Assembly (NCBI GenBank): GCA_965224245.1
Contig: OZ245046.1
Coordinates: 4,864,001-4,928,000 of the forward strand
Direction: 5' to 3'
Length of the DNA stretch: 64,000 nt
Origin: Candidatus Eiseniibacteriota bacterium
Lineage (GTDB): Bacteria > Eisenbacteria > RBG-16-71-46 > CAZAMP01
Part shown: positions 39,000 through 48,896 of the stretch, piece after piece
Layout of the letters: the number at the start of each line of letters is the position of its first letter
How positions within the stretch are numbered: position 1 is the stretch's first letter
The notes under the pieces: model-generated
Database searches by the model: none
Told to the model about the DNA's origin: nothing
What the model saw: only the letters and a program-made list of their open reading frames with translations
Translations under genes and position numbers: made by a program

Positions 39000-40676
39000 T
39001 TACGGCGTCACCTCCCGCGACATCGTGCTCTCCTGGTCGACGGGGACGGCGTCGGTGACCGGGGCGGCGTCGATTGCCGGCTGGATGCCACCCGCCCGGG
39101 CAATGCTCGCCTCGAGCCTGCGCGCCTCGTCGTCGTCGAGGATGCGCACTTCCGCCACCGGTTCCCCCGATCCTCCCCGCGCCGAGGTCCAGCGCACACA
39201 GACATAGACCGATCGCGCCACTGTCGTGTCGTTGGGGTGCGAGATGGACGCGCTATCGTAGAGCTTCACCTGCGCACAGTACTCGCCGGTCCGGTCGGTG
39301 AAGCAGCTGTAGCTGATCCACGCCCAGAAGTCGAAGGTCGTGCGGTCACTGGCCGGACACGAGTCGTCGAAGATGCTGCCGATGTAGCCCCAGCGATTCA
39401 AGGAACACGGCGTCCGGACGTAGTAGTACGATCCTCCGCTCGGACGAAACCACCACACAGCTTGCGCCTTGCACTGATTCCGATAGCCCCACATGTCGAG
39501 CTTGCCGCGAACGTAGAGGCGCTGGTTCGGATTGTCCGGCTCGGCGCGCACGTTGTAGAAGCGGGCCTTCTTGCGGAAACCGGTGTCGGACGCACTCCGC
39601 GAGCTCTGGTCGCAAGACCATTCCGCGCGCACGCTGTACGAGTAGGTCCGAGACGTGGACGAGCTGCGATCGTCGTAGGACGTCCCGGTCGTCGTGGCCA
39701 GGCGCGAGCCGTCGCGATAGATTGCGTAGCGCGCCGGCCGGGGCGACACCGAGCTCCAGGTGACGCGCACGTACGACGAGTACGTCCCGTTGCTGGCTCG
39801 CACGTTGGTCGGTGTCGGAGGCGAGTACGAGATGTCCGCCGAGCGCACCTGGATCGTCTTCGTCTGGTACCGGTCGACCGTCACGGTCTTGGACCTCGAC
39901 ATCAATCCACAGCCGGGATCTCGAACCGTCCACCGGTGAGTGCCCGGAGTCACCTCGATACGCGGGTTTCCGGACAGCCGCCCGATCGAACGATCGTCGA
40001 CGAACACGTCGTACGTTCCACTTCCGGAGAAGGACAGCTGCGTCGGCGGGCACACCACCCAGTCGATCGAGAGCCCTCCGGCGCCGACCCGCACGGTGTC
40101 GGTCGCCGCCAACCCGATCGTTCGCGTGAAGCTCTGGCTGACGCAACCGTCGTCGTTTCGGAAGCGAAAGCGCTGCTCTCCGACGTCGACGATCTCGCAG
40201 CGGCTCGAGCCCACGGAGATGCTACCGACCCAGTGGCCGTTCAGCTCGAGCTCCAGGTCCTCGGAGAGCCCGCTGAGCGTGAAGCAGAGCCGGGAGTCCG
40301 GACATGACGCCCAGTCGGGCGGCGAGTCCGCGTCGAACTCGACGGTCACCGTCTTCCCCGACTCCGCCACGACCGACTGCGACTTCGATACGCACTGGGT
40401 CCGGGCATTGACGACGTGAACGTCGTGAGGTCCCGGCTCGACGTCGACATCCAAATCCGACTCGTGATCGATGACGCCGACGCGCACCGTATCGACGTAC
40501 ACGCCGAGCGGGTCCGCGTAGTCGCCGAGAGCGAACGACAGCATCGCAGGCTCGGTCGGCGGCGGGGGGTCGGTCACGCCAGTCGTGTCATCCGGCCCGC
40601 AGCCGGCGAGCACCGCCACCGCCAGCGCCGCGCAAGCGAACCACGAGGCGCGCATGCCGAAGTATCGCAGGAACAT
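39000..40676 (-). CDS. Cys-rich multidomain lipoprotein (PEGA-like repeats plus FN3-like domain)
   Basis: Lipobox LAGC; repeats V.PG.H.V; PPTPTNVRAS..VRVTW..YAIYRDG..YSYSVRA. RBS AAAGGAGG. Confidence 0.75.
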   Translation of the reverse strand: MFLRYFGMRASWFACAALAVAVLAGCGPDDTTGVTDPPPPTEPAMLSFALGDYADPLGVYVDTVRVGVIDHESDLDVDVEPGPHDVHVVNARTQCVSKSQSVVAESGKTVTVEFDADSPPDWASCPDSRLCFTLSGLSEDLELELNGHWVGSISVGSSRCEIVDVGEQRFRFRNDDGCVSQSFTRTIGLAATDTVRVGAGGLSIDWVVCPPTQLSFSGSGTYDVFVDDRSIGRLSGNPRIEVTPGTHRWTVRDPGCGLMSRSKTVTVDRYQTKTIQVRSADISYSPPTPTNVRASNGTYSSYVRVTWSSVSPRPARYAIYRDGSRLATTTGTSYDDRSSSTSRTYSYSVRAEWSCDQSSRSASDTGFRKKARFYNVRAEPDNPNQRLYVRGKLDMWGYRNQCKAQAVWWFRPSGGSYYYVRTPCSLNRWGYIGSIFDDSCPASDRTTFDFWAWISYSCFTDRTGEYCAQVKLYDSASISHPNDTTVARSVYVCVRWTSARGGSGEPVAEVRILDDDEARRLEASIARAGGIQPAIDAAPVTDAVPVDQESTMSREVTP

Positions 40677-40710
40677 CTCGATCCTCCTTTGTCAGTGTCG
40701 TCTCGTCGAC

Positions 40711-41403
40711 TCACGGCGTCAGGCTCGTACCGATCCGAATCCCCATCCACCAGGCGTCCATGGGCACACCGCGGTGCTCGACCTCGCCCGAGTAGCGCAA
40801 CGTCTGCTCGTGACCGGAGATGGCGACCCGACTCACCTGCAGCTCGAGCACGCCGGGATGCAACCGCCAGCCGCAGGCCAGCGTCGTGAGAAGCCCCGGT
40901 TCGATGGATGACGTTGCGGATGCCACGTCGGGGTGCCCGTCGAAGCGCAGGCGGTTCGACACCCAGCCGATTCCGAGCCCCAGCTCGACGTAGATCGTTC
41001 CGCCCACGGGTCGCGGCATCGTCGACCGGACCACGGCGCCGATCCCGGTCACCGTCCACCGCCCGGTGACCTCGATGTCGTCCACGGTCCCGGCATCCAG
41101 GCCCAATCGCTCGTGGGTCACGAACGGGCCGATCTCGTAGTGCGCCGTGCGATCCAGGGACCACGTCGCACAGGCCTCCAGCGACAGTCCGGTGCTCGCT
41201 CCGGCGCCGGGACGTTCCGAGAAGCTGCCCGTCGGCATCGCGAATCCCACGAGGCCGTCCACGCGCGCTCCTCCGGCGAAGGAGGGCATCGCCACCAGCA
41301 GGCAAGCCAGGGCGGCCAGCGCACATCCTCGCGTGACGCACGTGAGCGTTCGTCGGCCACCCGTCTCACCTCGCCACCCAGCTCGCGATCGGACATTCGA
41401 CAT
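40711..41403 (-). CDS. Putative small outer-membrane beta-barrel protein
   Basis: Signal peptide ending AMPSFA; alternating amphipathic strands (IYVELGLGIGW, WWMGIRIG). RBS GGGAGG. Confidence 0.55.
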   Translation of the reverse strand: MSNVRSRAGWRGETGGRRTLTCVTRGCALAALACLLVAMPSFAGGARVDGLVGFAMPTGSFSERPGAGASTGLSLEACATWSLDRTAHYEIGPFVTHERLGLDAGTVDDIEVTGRWTVTGIGAVVRSTMPRPVGGTIYVELGLGIGWVSNRLRFDGHPDVASATSSIEPGLLTTLACGWRLHPGVLELQVSRVAISGHEQTLRYSGEVEHRGVPMDAWWMGIRIGTSLTP

Positions 41404-41456
41404 GGCGTCCTCCCTTCACGATCGAGACCCCTCGGTCCGCTCCATCCGCGTCGAAG

Positions 41457-41489
41457 TTTGAACGGCTGGATCGCCGGCTTTTCGGAACG
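41457..41489 (-). promoter_or_regulatory. Block-specific ECF-type promoter motif, leftward copy
   Basis: Minus strand CGTTCCGAAAAG-N13-CGTT-CAAA, upstream of the OMP/lipoprotein genes. Confidence 0.7.
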
Positions 41490-41497
41490 GGCTTTTC

Positions 41498-41535
41498 GTG
41501 TCCGAAAAGCACGGCCCCGCCACGTTGAGATGATG
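41498..41535 (+). promoter_or_regulatory. Block-specific ECF-type promoter motif, upstream of the tssK-like gene
   Basis: GTGTCCGAAAAG-N13-CGTT-GAGA-TGATG. Confidence 0.7.
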
Positions 41536-41566
41536 CAGACGACGGGACGCACACGGGGGACGCGAC

Positions 41567-42787
41567 ATGCAATCAGAACTGGTACGGAACCCGATCCCGC
41601 ACCTGAGGCTCACGCGTGAGTTCCTGCTCGACCAGATCAGCTACGCCGAGTGGCACGGTCGGGTGGGCTCCCGACCCGGGCTACTGCCACCGGTGGGTGC
41701 CGAGCCGAGCTTGCAGCTCGACATGGAGCCCGCCGACGTCATGTGGCTCCGGAGACTCACGGCCATCGGCGAGCTCGGACAGCCCCTCCTGGTCGGTGAC
41801 GGGGGTCGGGACGTGTCGCCACTGGACACGACCCGTCTCGGCGTGGGGCGGCATCGTGTGTTCGCCGCACTCGAGCGAACCAGGGAGCCGTGTGGTGACG
41901 TCGTGGAGTGTCTGCCGGCCGATGGCGCCCGACGTGCGGTGTCCGGACATGCTCACTTGAAGCCCAGGGTGTCGCTGGTCGTCGGCGACGATCGTTTCCA
42001 GCACCGCGACTGGCTGGAGATCGCACACGTGGAACGAGCACGTGATCGCGGCGCGATGCGAACCTTCCTCGACGGCTCGTTTCACCCGGCGATTCGGGAC
42101 ATGTCGGCGTACACGAAGCCCAACCCGCTGGTGACGCTGGCCCGACTCGGACTGGACGCGTGCGGTGACATCGAGAGCGAGATCGCGAGGGTCGTACTCC
42201 GGTCCGAGCTCGTCGTGCTTCAGAACGTGGCGACCCACGGATGCCCGCAGCTTGCCGTGATCCAAGCACAGCGGTGTCTGGCGTTGCTGAGCGAGCTCGG
42301 CGGCGCTGCGGTTCCGGTACATGCCGGTGCGGAGCGTGTGCGATACGCGCCCGACACCGTGTGTCGATTCCTCTCCACGGTCGCCGGAGATCTCGCCGAT
42401 GGCGGCGATGGCCCGGTCTATCCCGACATCATCCGGGTGGACGAGACGAGCTACCAGCGTCTCGATGGTGAGCTCGAGGAGGACGGTCGCTACTGGACGT
42501 GGCAGGCTCGCCGACCCGGTGGGCTCTGGGCCAACGGCCTGGTGATCTACCTCCCGCGCTCGTCACCCGACGCGCTACCCATCGTGCAGTTCGGTCAGCA
42601 CAAGGCCGAGCCGCACTCGTTCAGGCGGGCCAGAACCTCCCACGCCAACGGTCGACCAGGGGCCACGCTTCGGCTGGATCCGATCACGGAGAGGTTGGGC
42701 GCGATCTACCTCGTGACTGACGCGGCTCAACACGAGCTCGAGCTGCGCGCTCAGCTCGGGGACGGACATGCGATCTACTACTTTTGA
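41567..42787 (+). CDS. tssK: Divergent T6SS subtype-iii baseplate protein TssK-like
   Basis: GLLP...LRRLTAI..LG; R.P.G...P.VSL...LEIA...D.SF.P pattern recalls Bacteroidota TssK; first gene of the operon. Confidence 0.5.
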   Translation: MQSELVRNPIPHLRLTREFLLDQISYAEWHGRVGSRPGLLPPVGAEPSLQLDMEPADVMWLRRLTAIGELGQPLLVGDGGRDVSPLDTTRLGVGRHRVFAALERTREPCGDVVECLPADGARRAVSGHAHLKPRVSLVVGDDRFQHRDWLEIAHVERARDRGAMRTFLDGSFHPAIRDMSAYTKPNPLVTLARLGLDACGDIESEIARVVLRSELVVLQNVATHGCPQLAVIQAQRCLALLSELGGAAVPVHAGAERVRYAPDTVCRFLSTVAGDLADGGDGPVYPDIIRVDETSYQRLDGELEEDGRYWTWQARRPGGLWANGLVIYLPRSSPDALPIVQFGQHKAEPHSFRRARTSHANGRPGATLRLDPITERLGAIYLVTDAAQHELELRAQLGDGHAIYYF

Positions 42788-43736
42788 CGACGCGGCGATG
42801 CCGCGCGGGACACCGCTCGGCATGGTCGACCCCACGCTGGCCGCCGGCACGGCGGAGGGACTTCGCGTGCTCAACGAGCTACTCCTTCGAGTAGCACGGC
42901 CGCGCACGTACACCGCCGAGCGGTCGGCACTCGAGGCCATCAGGGCCATCCGTGATGATCGAGTGAGCATCGCCGCGGACACCGACGCCGCCTTCGACGA
43001 GCTTAGGCGCAACGTCCAGTACGTACGCGCCCAGGATGTCGAGGGACTCGCGGAGTGGCTCCAGCTTTCGAGTCGGTCCCTGGTGCCGAGCACCGAGGCC
43101 CGAAAGCGACGCCATGCACTCCTGATCGCCCTTACGGCGAAGGTCGTCGCCACGACGAGCGGATACGACGTCCCGGCCGCGATCGATGGCTCCGCGCTCT
43201 ATCCATGGAGTGAGGGGCTCGCGCCCCTTCTGACCTGGATGCCCACGAGGCCACTGACGCGTACGTACGGCGAGTTGGCCGGCCGCTATCTCGAGGTCAC
43301 GCAGGAGATCGTGTTCGACGTGCACCTGCATCCCATCGACGCGACGACCCCCGAGGAGTTCGACGGATGGCCGTGGTGGAAGCGCCTCGTCCAGCTGCGC
43401 GGCTGGAGAGCTCGCCACCGGCGCGAGGGGCCCGACAACCCGACCCTGGATGCGGGGCGGCTCGAGTTCCGCCTGGCCAGAAACGGGAGCTTCCGTCGGC
43501 TCGAACGTGACGGGGGCCTCGTCGCCCGCCGTTGGCTCACCACGCTCGGGTACCGCGACGTCGTTCGGCGGACCCGCCCGGGGCTTGCCTGGGTCCTCGG
43601 AGCGTTGGTAGCGGTGATCTCGACGACTGCATTGCTGCTCGTCCTTCACCATCGCATGGACACCATTGCGGGACGCGACCGGGCGCTGGCGGACCACGCA
43701 GCTCGGATCGCCCGCGAGCTGGGGAGTGGACGATGA
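42768..43736 (+). CDS. Hypothetical protein with C-terminal TM helix (candidate membrane-complex component)
   Basis: Coupled to its neighbours; TM LAWVLGALVAVISTTALLLVL. YGEL..Y..HPID..WPWW faintly recalls the TssN cytoplasmic domain. Confidence 0.6.
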   Translation: MRSTTFDDAAMPRGTPLGMVDPTLAAGTAEGLRVLNELLLRVARPRTYTAERSALEAIRAIRDDRVSIAADTDAAFDELRRNVQYVRAQDVEGLAEWLQLSSRSLVPSTEARKRRHALLIALTAKVVATTSGYDVPAAIDGSALYPWSEGLAPLLTWMPTRPLTRTYGELAGRYLEVTQEIVFDVHLHPIDATTPEEFDGWPWWKRLVQLRGWRARHRREGPDNPTLDAGRLEFRLARNGSFRRLERDGGLVARRWLTTLGYRDVVRRTRPGLAWVLGALVAVISTTALLLVLHHRMDTIAGRDRALADHAARIARELGSGR

Positions 43737-45826
43737 CGAGGATGACGGCCACCCGCATCTCGAAACGACTGCGGCGTTTGTCGAGCCTCTTCGGGCGGAC
43801 GAAACGTGTGGTGCTGATCGGACGTGACGTGAGGGACGCTCGAGGAGTCCTCGACGCCTGGCTCAACACCTGTGAAGGCGGGGGGGCGCTGCGGACGGTC
43901 ACACCCCCGACGGGAGATTCCGCGCGCGGAGATCGGGTTGCTCACGAGATCGTCGTGCTCTCGACGGAGCGTCCCGGGCGCTCGTGCCGCTGGGGCGTCG
44001 ATGTCCCCGATCTCGCGACGATCGACCGGGACGAGACCTGGCCCACCCAGGCAAACGCCGCCGTGATCTGCTGGCCCCACGCGGCATTGACCGAGCCGGC
44101 GGAGCGCGTGGCCGAGGCGGTGTTTCGGCTCAGCGGTGCCGTCGGCGAAGGAAGAGCGCGGGGCAAACTCCGGCGTGTCGCGTTCGTGATCACCGGCATT
44201 CCGGCGGACATCGGGCCACGACATCCGTCGCAGGCGCGCCTGGATCTTCCACCGAAGCGACGCCTCGACGACGCCATTCGTGTACAGGCCCGCGAGGGCG
44301 CCGGCGTCCCCGGGCATCCACTCGCGGATGATCGCTGGAGCACCTACCTGCGCTCGAGCGTGGCCGGCAACGCGTCGGTCCGGAAGCTGCATGAGAACGT
44401 GCGCCTGGCATGCGGCGGCGCCTGCCCCATCTTCTTCCTGGCCACCGAGCCCAGCGGCACAGCCGTCACGCGTATTCTGCGATGGCTGAACGGCGACCCG
44501 GAGCCGCGCCGCCAGCGGGTGCGCCCGTTGCTGGCCGCTGGCGTCGCCGCCTCGCTGCTGGCCGCTCTGGTCACATTGATCGTGGTCGTACCGCCCGGTA
44601 CCCAGGCGCGCGTCGCGCCGTCGACGACGTCCGTGGAGAAGATGGCCGGGCTGGCGGACGCGCTGGATGAGCGGCTGTCGGCACACGAGCGATGGTCGGT
44701 GCGCACCGCCGCAATGCTGTCGAGATCGGCCCTCGAGACCGAGCCTCTGCGCGCGGCACGGGATGCCATCCGCGATGCCCGAGCCCGCATCGCCGACGTG
44801 GACGCATTCGTATCCTGGCGGTCGCGCCTGTCTCGGACCCGGGCAGCTCTGGTCGACAGCGTCTCGTCGCGCGGGGTGATCGCGCCCTCCACTTCCGACG
44901 CGGCCCGGGTGGCCGCGGAGTCGGCACTCGACTCGCTCCGGAACTGGTCCGATCGGCCCTGGATCACCCGATGGCGCCACGCCGATCTCACGGAGGCCAG
45001 GCAGCAGGCAGGCGAGATCGCGGTGTGGTGGGCGTTGACGTCGCTGGACGTCGACCTCCGCCCCAGTGGGAGGCTCGTGGCCGATCTCGGGCGGCAAGCA
45101 GCGATCTCGTCCGAGCTGACGCGACTCTCGTTCACCGAGGAGGCGCAGTGGATTCACCTCCGGCTCGACACCCCGCTTCACTTTCTCGCGGACTACGCCA
45201 TCCGTCTGCGTGACGACATCAACCCCTACGCGGGCGTCTTCCGCCGCTTCGTGCCGTTCCTGTCCGAGCCGGACGTCCGGTCGGAGGTCGCGGCCCTGAG
45301 GGAGCTTTCGGTGGCGGAGGTCCTCGCCGCGCGAGACCTGCTCCGAGAGCGCGTTGACGAGCTCGTGACGCTGGTCGAGATGTGGGAACGCGTATCCAAC
45401 ACCTCCCGTGCCGACCTGAAGTCGGACCTGAGCACGCTCGCCACCGGACTCGATGAGATCGACGACGCGGTGTACATGGAGATCGCGCTGAACGTGGCAG
45501 GCGATACGCACTGGCACGTCGACTACGCAACATCTTCGAGTGGCCCCTGGCGCGCATCCACTCTGGACGGCGACGGTGGTGCCACGATCGTGGCGGCGAC
45601 TGCCCGGCCTGACGCAACGCTCTACCTCCGGTTCAACTGGCGGTCTCGGACCCACGCCGTCGAAAGCCGCCGGGCAGGCAGCGCATGCACGGGTGGATCG
45701 AGGATTGAGCTCCCGCTCTGGCAAGGTCACGGCGTGATCCAGACGCGCACGAGGAACGTGCACTGGAACGTGCGGGACGGCCGTCCGACGTGGCCGCCCT
45801 CGAAAGTGGATGGAGGTGCGGAATGA
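43733..45826 (+). CDS. Large bitopic membrane protein: degenerate P-loop-like N-domain, one TM, helical plus beta extracytoplasmic region (TssM-like topology)
   Basis: ATGA overlap; KRVVLIG, DVPD, AVICW and RVAFVITG strands without GKS/T; TM LLAAGVAASLLAALVTLIVVV. Confidence 0.6.
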   Translation: MTRMTATRISKRLRRLSSLFGRTKRVVLIGRDVRDARGVLDAWLNTCEGGGALRTVTPPTGDSARGDRVAHEIVVLSTERPGRSCRWGVDVPDLATIDRDETWPTQANAAVICWPHAALTEPAERVAEAVFRLSGAVGEGRARGKLRRVAFVITGIPADIGPRHPSQARLDLPPKRRLDDAIRVQAREGAGVPGHPLADDRWSTYLRSSVAGNASVRKLHENVRLACGGACPIFFLATEPSGTAVTRILRWLNGDPEPRRQRVRPLLAAGVAASLLAALVTLIVVVPPGTQARVAPSTTSVEKMAGLADALDERLSAHERWSVRTAAMLSRSALETEPLRAARDAIRDARARIADVDAFVSWRSRLSRTRAALVDSVSSRGVIAPSTSDAARVAAESALDSLRNWSDRPWITRWRHADLTEARQQAGEIAVWWALTSLDVDLRPSGRLVADLGRQAAISSELTRLSFTEEAQWIHLRLDTPLHFLADYAIRLRDDINPYAGVFRRFVPFLSEPDVRSEVAALRELSVAEVLAARDLLRERVDELVTLVEMWERVSNTSRADLKSDLSTLATGLDEIDDAVYMEIALNVAGDTHWHVDYATSSSGPWRASTLDGDGGATIVAATARPDATLYLRFNWRSRTHAVESRRAGSACTGGSRIELPLWQGHGVIQTRTRNVHWNVRDGRPTWPPSKVDGGAE

Positions 45827-46404
45827 CGCGGACCGCTTCTGGGCTGGGTGCGACGCTAATCCTCCTGACGACGCTCGTCGGTACGGGCGAAGGGGTCGAC
45901 GCGGCGGGCGCGTTCCTCGAGGCCGAGTGTCGGGTCGTCACCGGCGGTGACTCGACCGAGGTCGTCCTCGAGGTCGTGAACGTGCGCAACCTGGCGACCG
46001 GTCCATCGGACTGGACCGCGTCGCTCTCGATCGACTGTTCCGTGGAGGAGTCGCGCCTTCCCTGGCGAACCGAGCTGGGGAGCGGCTGGCGTGCGGTCGC
46101 GGCCTGGACGGTCACCAGTCCGAGCCGAGGCTTCCTCTTTCTCGGGGGCCGGGGCGGACGCGCCACGCTCACGCTGCCATCGGCCGGCTGGTCGATCCGG
46201 TGCCACTGCGCGGGCAAGAGCGACGAACCCCGCGTTCGAGTGTTCGGCGTCCTGATCGGGCCGGACGGCGAACCGGTCCCGTCTCTGAGCTACGTCGGCG
46301 AGCAGGAGTCGTTCTTCGCGCGTCTCCTTCCCTTCGGGTCCGGGCACCCCGCCGAGCTGCCGTCGTCGGTTCGGCTGCGCCTGGCCTGGGAGCCGTTCGA
46401 GTGA
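45823..46404 (+). CDS. Hypothetical exported beta-rich protein
   Basis: ATGA overlap, RBS GGAGG, N-terminal hydrophobic signal. Confidence 0.6.
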   Translation: MTRTASGLGATLILLTTLVGTGEGVDAAGAFLEAECRVVTGGDSTEVVLEVVNVRNLATGPSDWTASLSIDCSVEESRLPWRTELGSGWRAVAAWTVTSPSRGFLFLGGRGGRATLTLPSAGWSIRCHCAGKSDEPRVRVFGVLIGPDGEPVPSLSYVGEQESFFARLLPFGSGHPAELPSSVRLRLAWEPFE

Positions 46405-46489
46405 TCGGCGCGCTCCGTCGGTTGACCGCAAGATGCGTGTCCACATTGCAACGCCGACCCGACACACATCTCGAGGAAGATCCAATCCC

Positions 46490-46527
46490 ATCTCCGAAAT
46501 CGCCGCTCGAGGCCCGTTCATCTGGTG
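46490..46527 (+). promoter_or_regulatory. Block-specific ECF-type promoter motif, upstream of tssB
   Basis: ATCTCCGAAATC-N13-CGTT-CATC-TGGTG. Confidence 0.65.
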
Positions 46528-46562
46528 AGACCACGAGCCTTCGCATGATGAGGAGGATCCCC

Positions 46563-47087
46563 ATGGCGGACGACAAAGGTCTGAAAGCGCACATCGTGTA
46601 CCCCGATCCCGAGAAGGCGCTCTCGGCCCCGGTGTTGCCGGAGGTCGCGATCGCCTTCGACGCTTCTCTTCAGCCCAGGCGCCGATCACTCGCGGCGCTC
46701 AAGGCTGCTCACCCGACCGACCTCACGGCCAACAGCGTCGACGAGGTCTGCTCCGGGCTCGGTCTGGTGATCCGGGGCACGGTCGAAGATGAGACGGGCG
46801 CGAAGAAACAGGTCGTCATCCCGGTCGCGAACGAAAACACGTTCACGCCGGGCGGGCTGACCGCCCGCTGCGAGCCTCTCTTCGACCTGTACACCGCGCA
46901 TCGAACGGCCGATCAAATCGCGACGCTGTCGGAGGAAGTCGAGCTCGACCAGGCGCTCTCAGCGATCGAGACGCTGGATGCATTCGAGCGAGCACTCGCC
47001 GCCGTGGACGCGCCGAGTAACGATGACGTCCCTGACCCGGCGAGCGACGACGAGACCTCGCCCAACGAGCAACCCGGAGGAATGTGA
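46563..47087 (+). CDS. tssB: Contractile sheath small subunit, T6SS subtype-iii TssB-like
   Basis: SVDEV...EDETG...N..FTP..LT...L..L recalls Bacteroidota TssB. RBS GAGGAGG; precedes the sheath large subunit. Confidence 0.7.
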   Translation: MADDKGLKAHIVYPDPEKALSAPVLPEVAIAFDASLQPRRRSLAALKAAHPTDLTANSVDEVCSGLGLVIRGTVEDETGAKKQVVIPVANENTFTPGGLTARCEPLFDLYTAHRTADQIATLSEEVELDQALSAIETLDAFERALAAVDAPSNDDVPDPASDDETSPNEQPGGM

Positions 47088-48442
47088 TGATGAGCGCAGT
47101 GGCCACACGCCTCGACCACGAGATGCTGGAGCGTCTGCGTGGGATTCATGCCGTCATGCCCGGGCTCCAGCCCGATCCAGTCACCGGAGGCGACCTCGAG
47201 TGTCCCGGCATCGACGTCACCGAGAGCGACATCGACCTCCGGGACCTGCTCAACCGTCGCGGAGAAGCGGCACGGCAAAGCAGGCGTCTCCTGCGGGCAC
47301 ACATCCGGGCGTTCATCGCGATCACGCGTCGCGCCGAGGCGAACGGCCAGACCCTGAAACAAGCCGCGTCCGAGCACGCGGACGCATCGGCCCAGGCGCT
47401 GGAACGATCCTGGGTATCGCTCCTCACTGCGAACCGCGAGCTGGAGACCCGGGTGCGAAGCGTGGCGTTGATGTTTGCCAACCTCGCATCATCCCGGGCC
47501 GCGCTCACCGATCGCATCCACTTTCTGGACGTCAGCCACGAGGAGCTGAACACGCCCGCCGGCCAGGACTTCGTCCGCGACTACCTGAGCCACTTCGTGG
47601 ATCGCCCGGATCCCCGGGAGGCCCGCGGATACTTCTGGGCTCCCGGCTGGCTAGGAGATGCCGATGGCGTCAACGCGCTCGGTCGAGTCGTGCACGAGCA
47701 TCGTGCGCTCTTCGTGTCGGACGCGCCGCCGTACGAGTCGGAGGTCGCGCTGAAGAAGGCCGCCAGGCCCGGACGTCTCCTGGACTCGCTGAAGGGAGAG
47801 GACGTTCACCATCGGCACATGATCCTGATCGGCAACCCGACCCGTGCCCGCGGCGCGTTTCGCGGACGCACGGCATCAGAGGCCGACGACGTTCGGGTTC
47901 CGGGCAGCTCGGCCTGGTTCGGCATGCAGCTCGACACGATCGTGCGCGGTACGCCGTGGATTCCGGTCGCCGGCTACCTGAACCCGCTGGCCGGCGTGGA
48001 CGACGTCGCGGTCGATCTCCGGCTGGAAGACGTGGCCGGGTTCCGTCTGTATGCGAGCCATCGCATCAATCCCGTCATCCTGAGGGGCGCCGGCTCGAAC
48101 ATCGCGGTCGTCTGGGGCGCCTACACCCTCGGCGGGCAGCAGGTCGGCGAGGCGGTGGCCGAGCTCGAGGTGGTCCGTTTTGCGGAGTGGGTCATGAACC
48201 AGCACGGACTCCTGGTCGAGCTCGACAAGGGCGCCAGGGAGGTTCGCCGCCAGCTCGCCCACTTCGTCACGTTGAACCGCGGCGCGGGAAAGATGTTCAG
48301 AGCGAAGAGCCGAGTCGACGTGCGGGTCGAGGGAAAGACGATCGTCGTCGACTTCGATCTCCACTACCGAGTGGTCACCGAACACGCGGTCATTCGGATG
48401 AACAAGTCGTCAGACGAGACCGCGCTCGAAATCACGGACTGA
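47087..48442 (+). CDS. tssC: Contractile sheath large subunit, T6SS subtype-iii TssC (DUF5458)-like
   Basis: RELE..RSVAL.F.N, DR.D....G....PGWLG, HE.....V.D, L.G.DV, DD..VP, AG....L..VD.V..DL, VVR; about 450 aa. Confidence 0.8.
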   Translation: MMSAVATRLDHEMLERLRGIHAVMPGLQPDPVTGGDLECPGIDVTESDIDLRDLLNRRGEAARQSRRLLRAHIRAFIAITRRAEANGQTLKQAASEHADASAQALERSWVSLLTANRELETRVRSVALMFANLASSRAALTDRIHFLDVSHEELNTPAGQDFVRDYLSHFVDRPDPREARGYFWAPGWLGDADGVNALGRVVHEHRALFVSDAPPYESEVALKKAARPGRLLDSLKGEDVHHRHMILIGNPTRARGAFRGRTASEADDVRVPGSSAWFGMQLDTIVRGTPWIPVAGYLNPLAGVDDVAVDLRLEDVAGFRLYASHRINPVILRGAGSNIAVVWGAYTLGGQQVGEAVAELEVVRFAEWVMNQHGLLVELDKGAREVRRQLAHFVTLNRGAGKMFRAKSRVDVRVEGKTIVVDFDLHYRVVTEHAVIRMNKSSDETALEITD

Positions 48443-48461
48443 TCGTCGACGGGAGGATGAC

Positions 48462-48896
48462 GTGCCTAACTACAGGATCCGCGCAGAGCTGAAGCCGCGA
48501 AGTGGCGAAGCGATCGAGCTCGACCACATCCTGAGCCTATCGTGGAGGGCCTGGCGTAGCCCGGGCCCCAACAACAACCTCGGGCAGGTGGGGCACCAGG
48601 TCGACGAGATCGTGCTGACCCGGCACAAGTCGCTGCCCAATGGCGAGCAGCCGGCGGAGGACAGGACGGTCGCGGCTGCCGCGGCACGCGAGCAAGACGC
48701 CTTCCACTCCGGCGAGATCACGGTGGCACGCCCGGAGGATCCGACGAACCCGGTACAGACGATCCGCTTCGACGAGGGTCACGTGACGTCGATCCAGCAA
48801 GAGATCAACGGCAGCCGGTTCGTGGAGACGCTCAACATCGCCGTGAAGTCACTCCAGGTCGACGACAACATCTTCGAGCCGGAACCGGCGGAGTGA
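48462..48896 (+). CDS. tssD: Tube protein, TssD/Hcp-like
   Basis: 144 aa beta protein between sheath and spike genes; GEITV.R...QTIRFDEG...ETLNI pattern. Confidence 0.7.
   Translation: MPNYRIRAELKPRSGEAIELDHILSLSWRAWRSPGPNNNLGQVGHQVDEIVLTRHKSLPNGEQPAEDRTVAAAAAREQDAFHSGEITVARPEDPTNPVQTIRFDEGHVTSIQQEINGSRFVETLNIAVKSLQVDDNIFEPEPAE

Noticed and set aside
41477-41510. 10-bp inverted repeat as a terminator or repressor operator
   Set aside because: Better explained as the -35 halves of two back-to-back copies of the block promoter motif.
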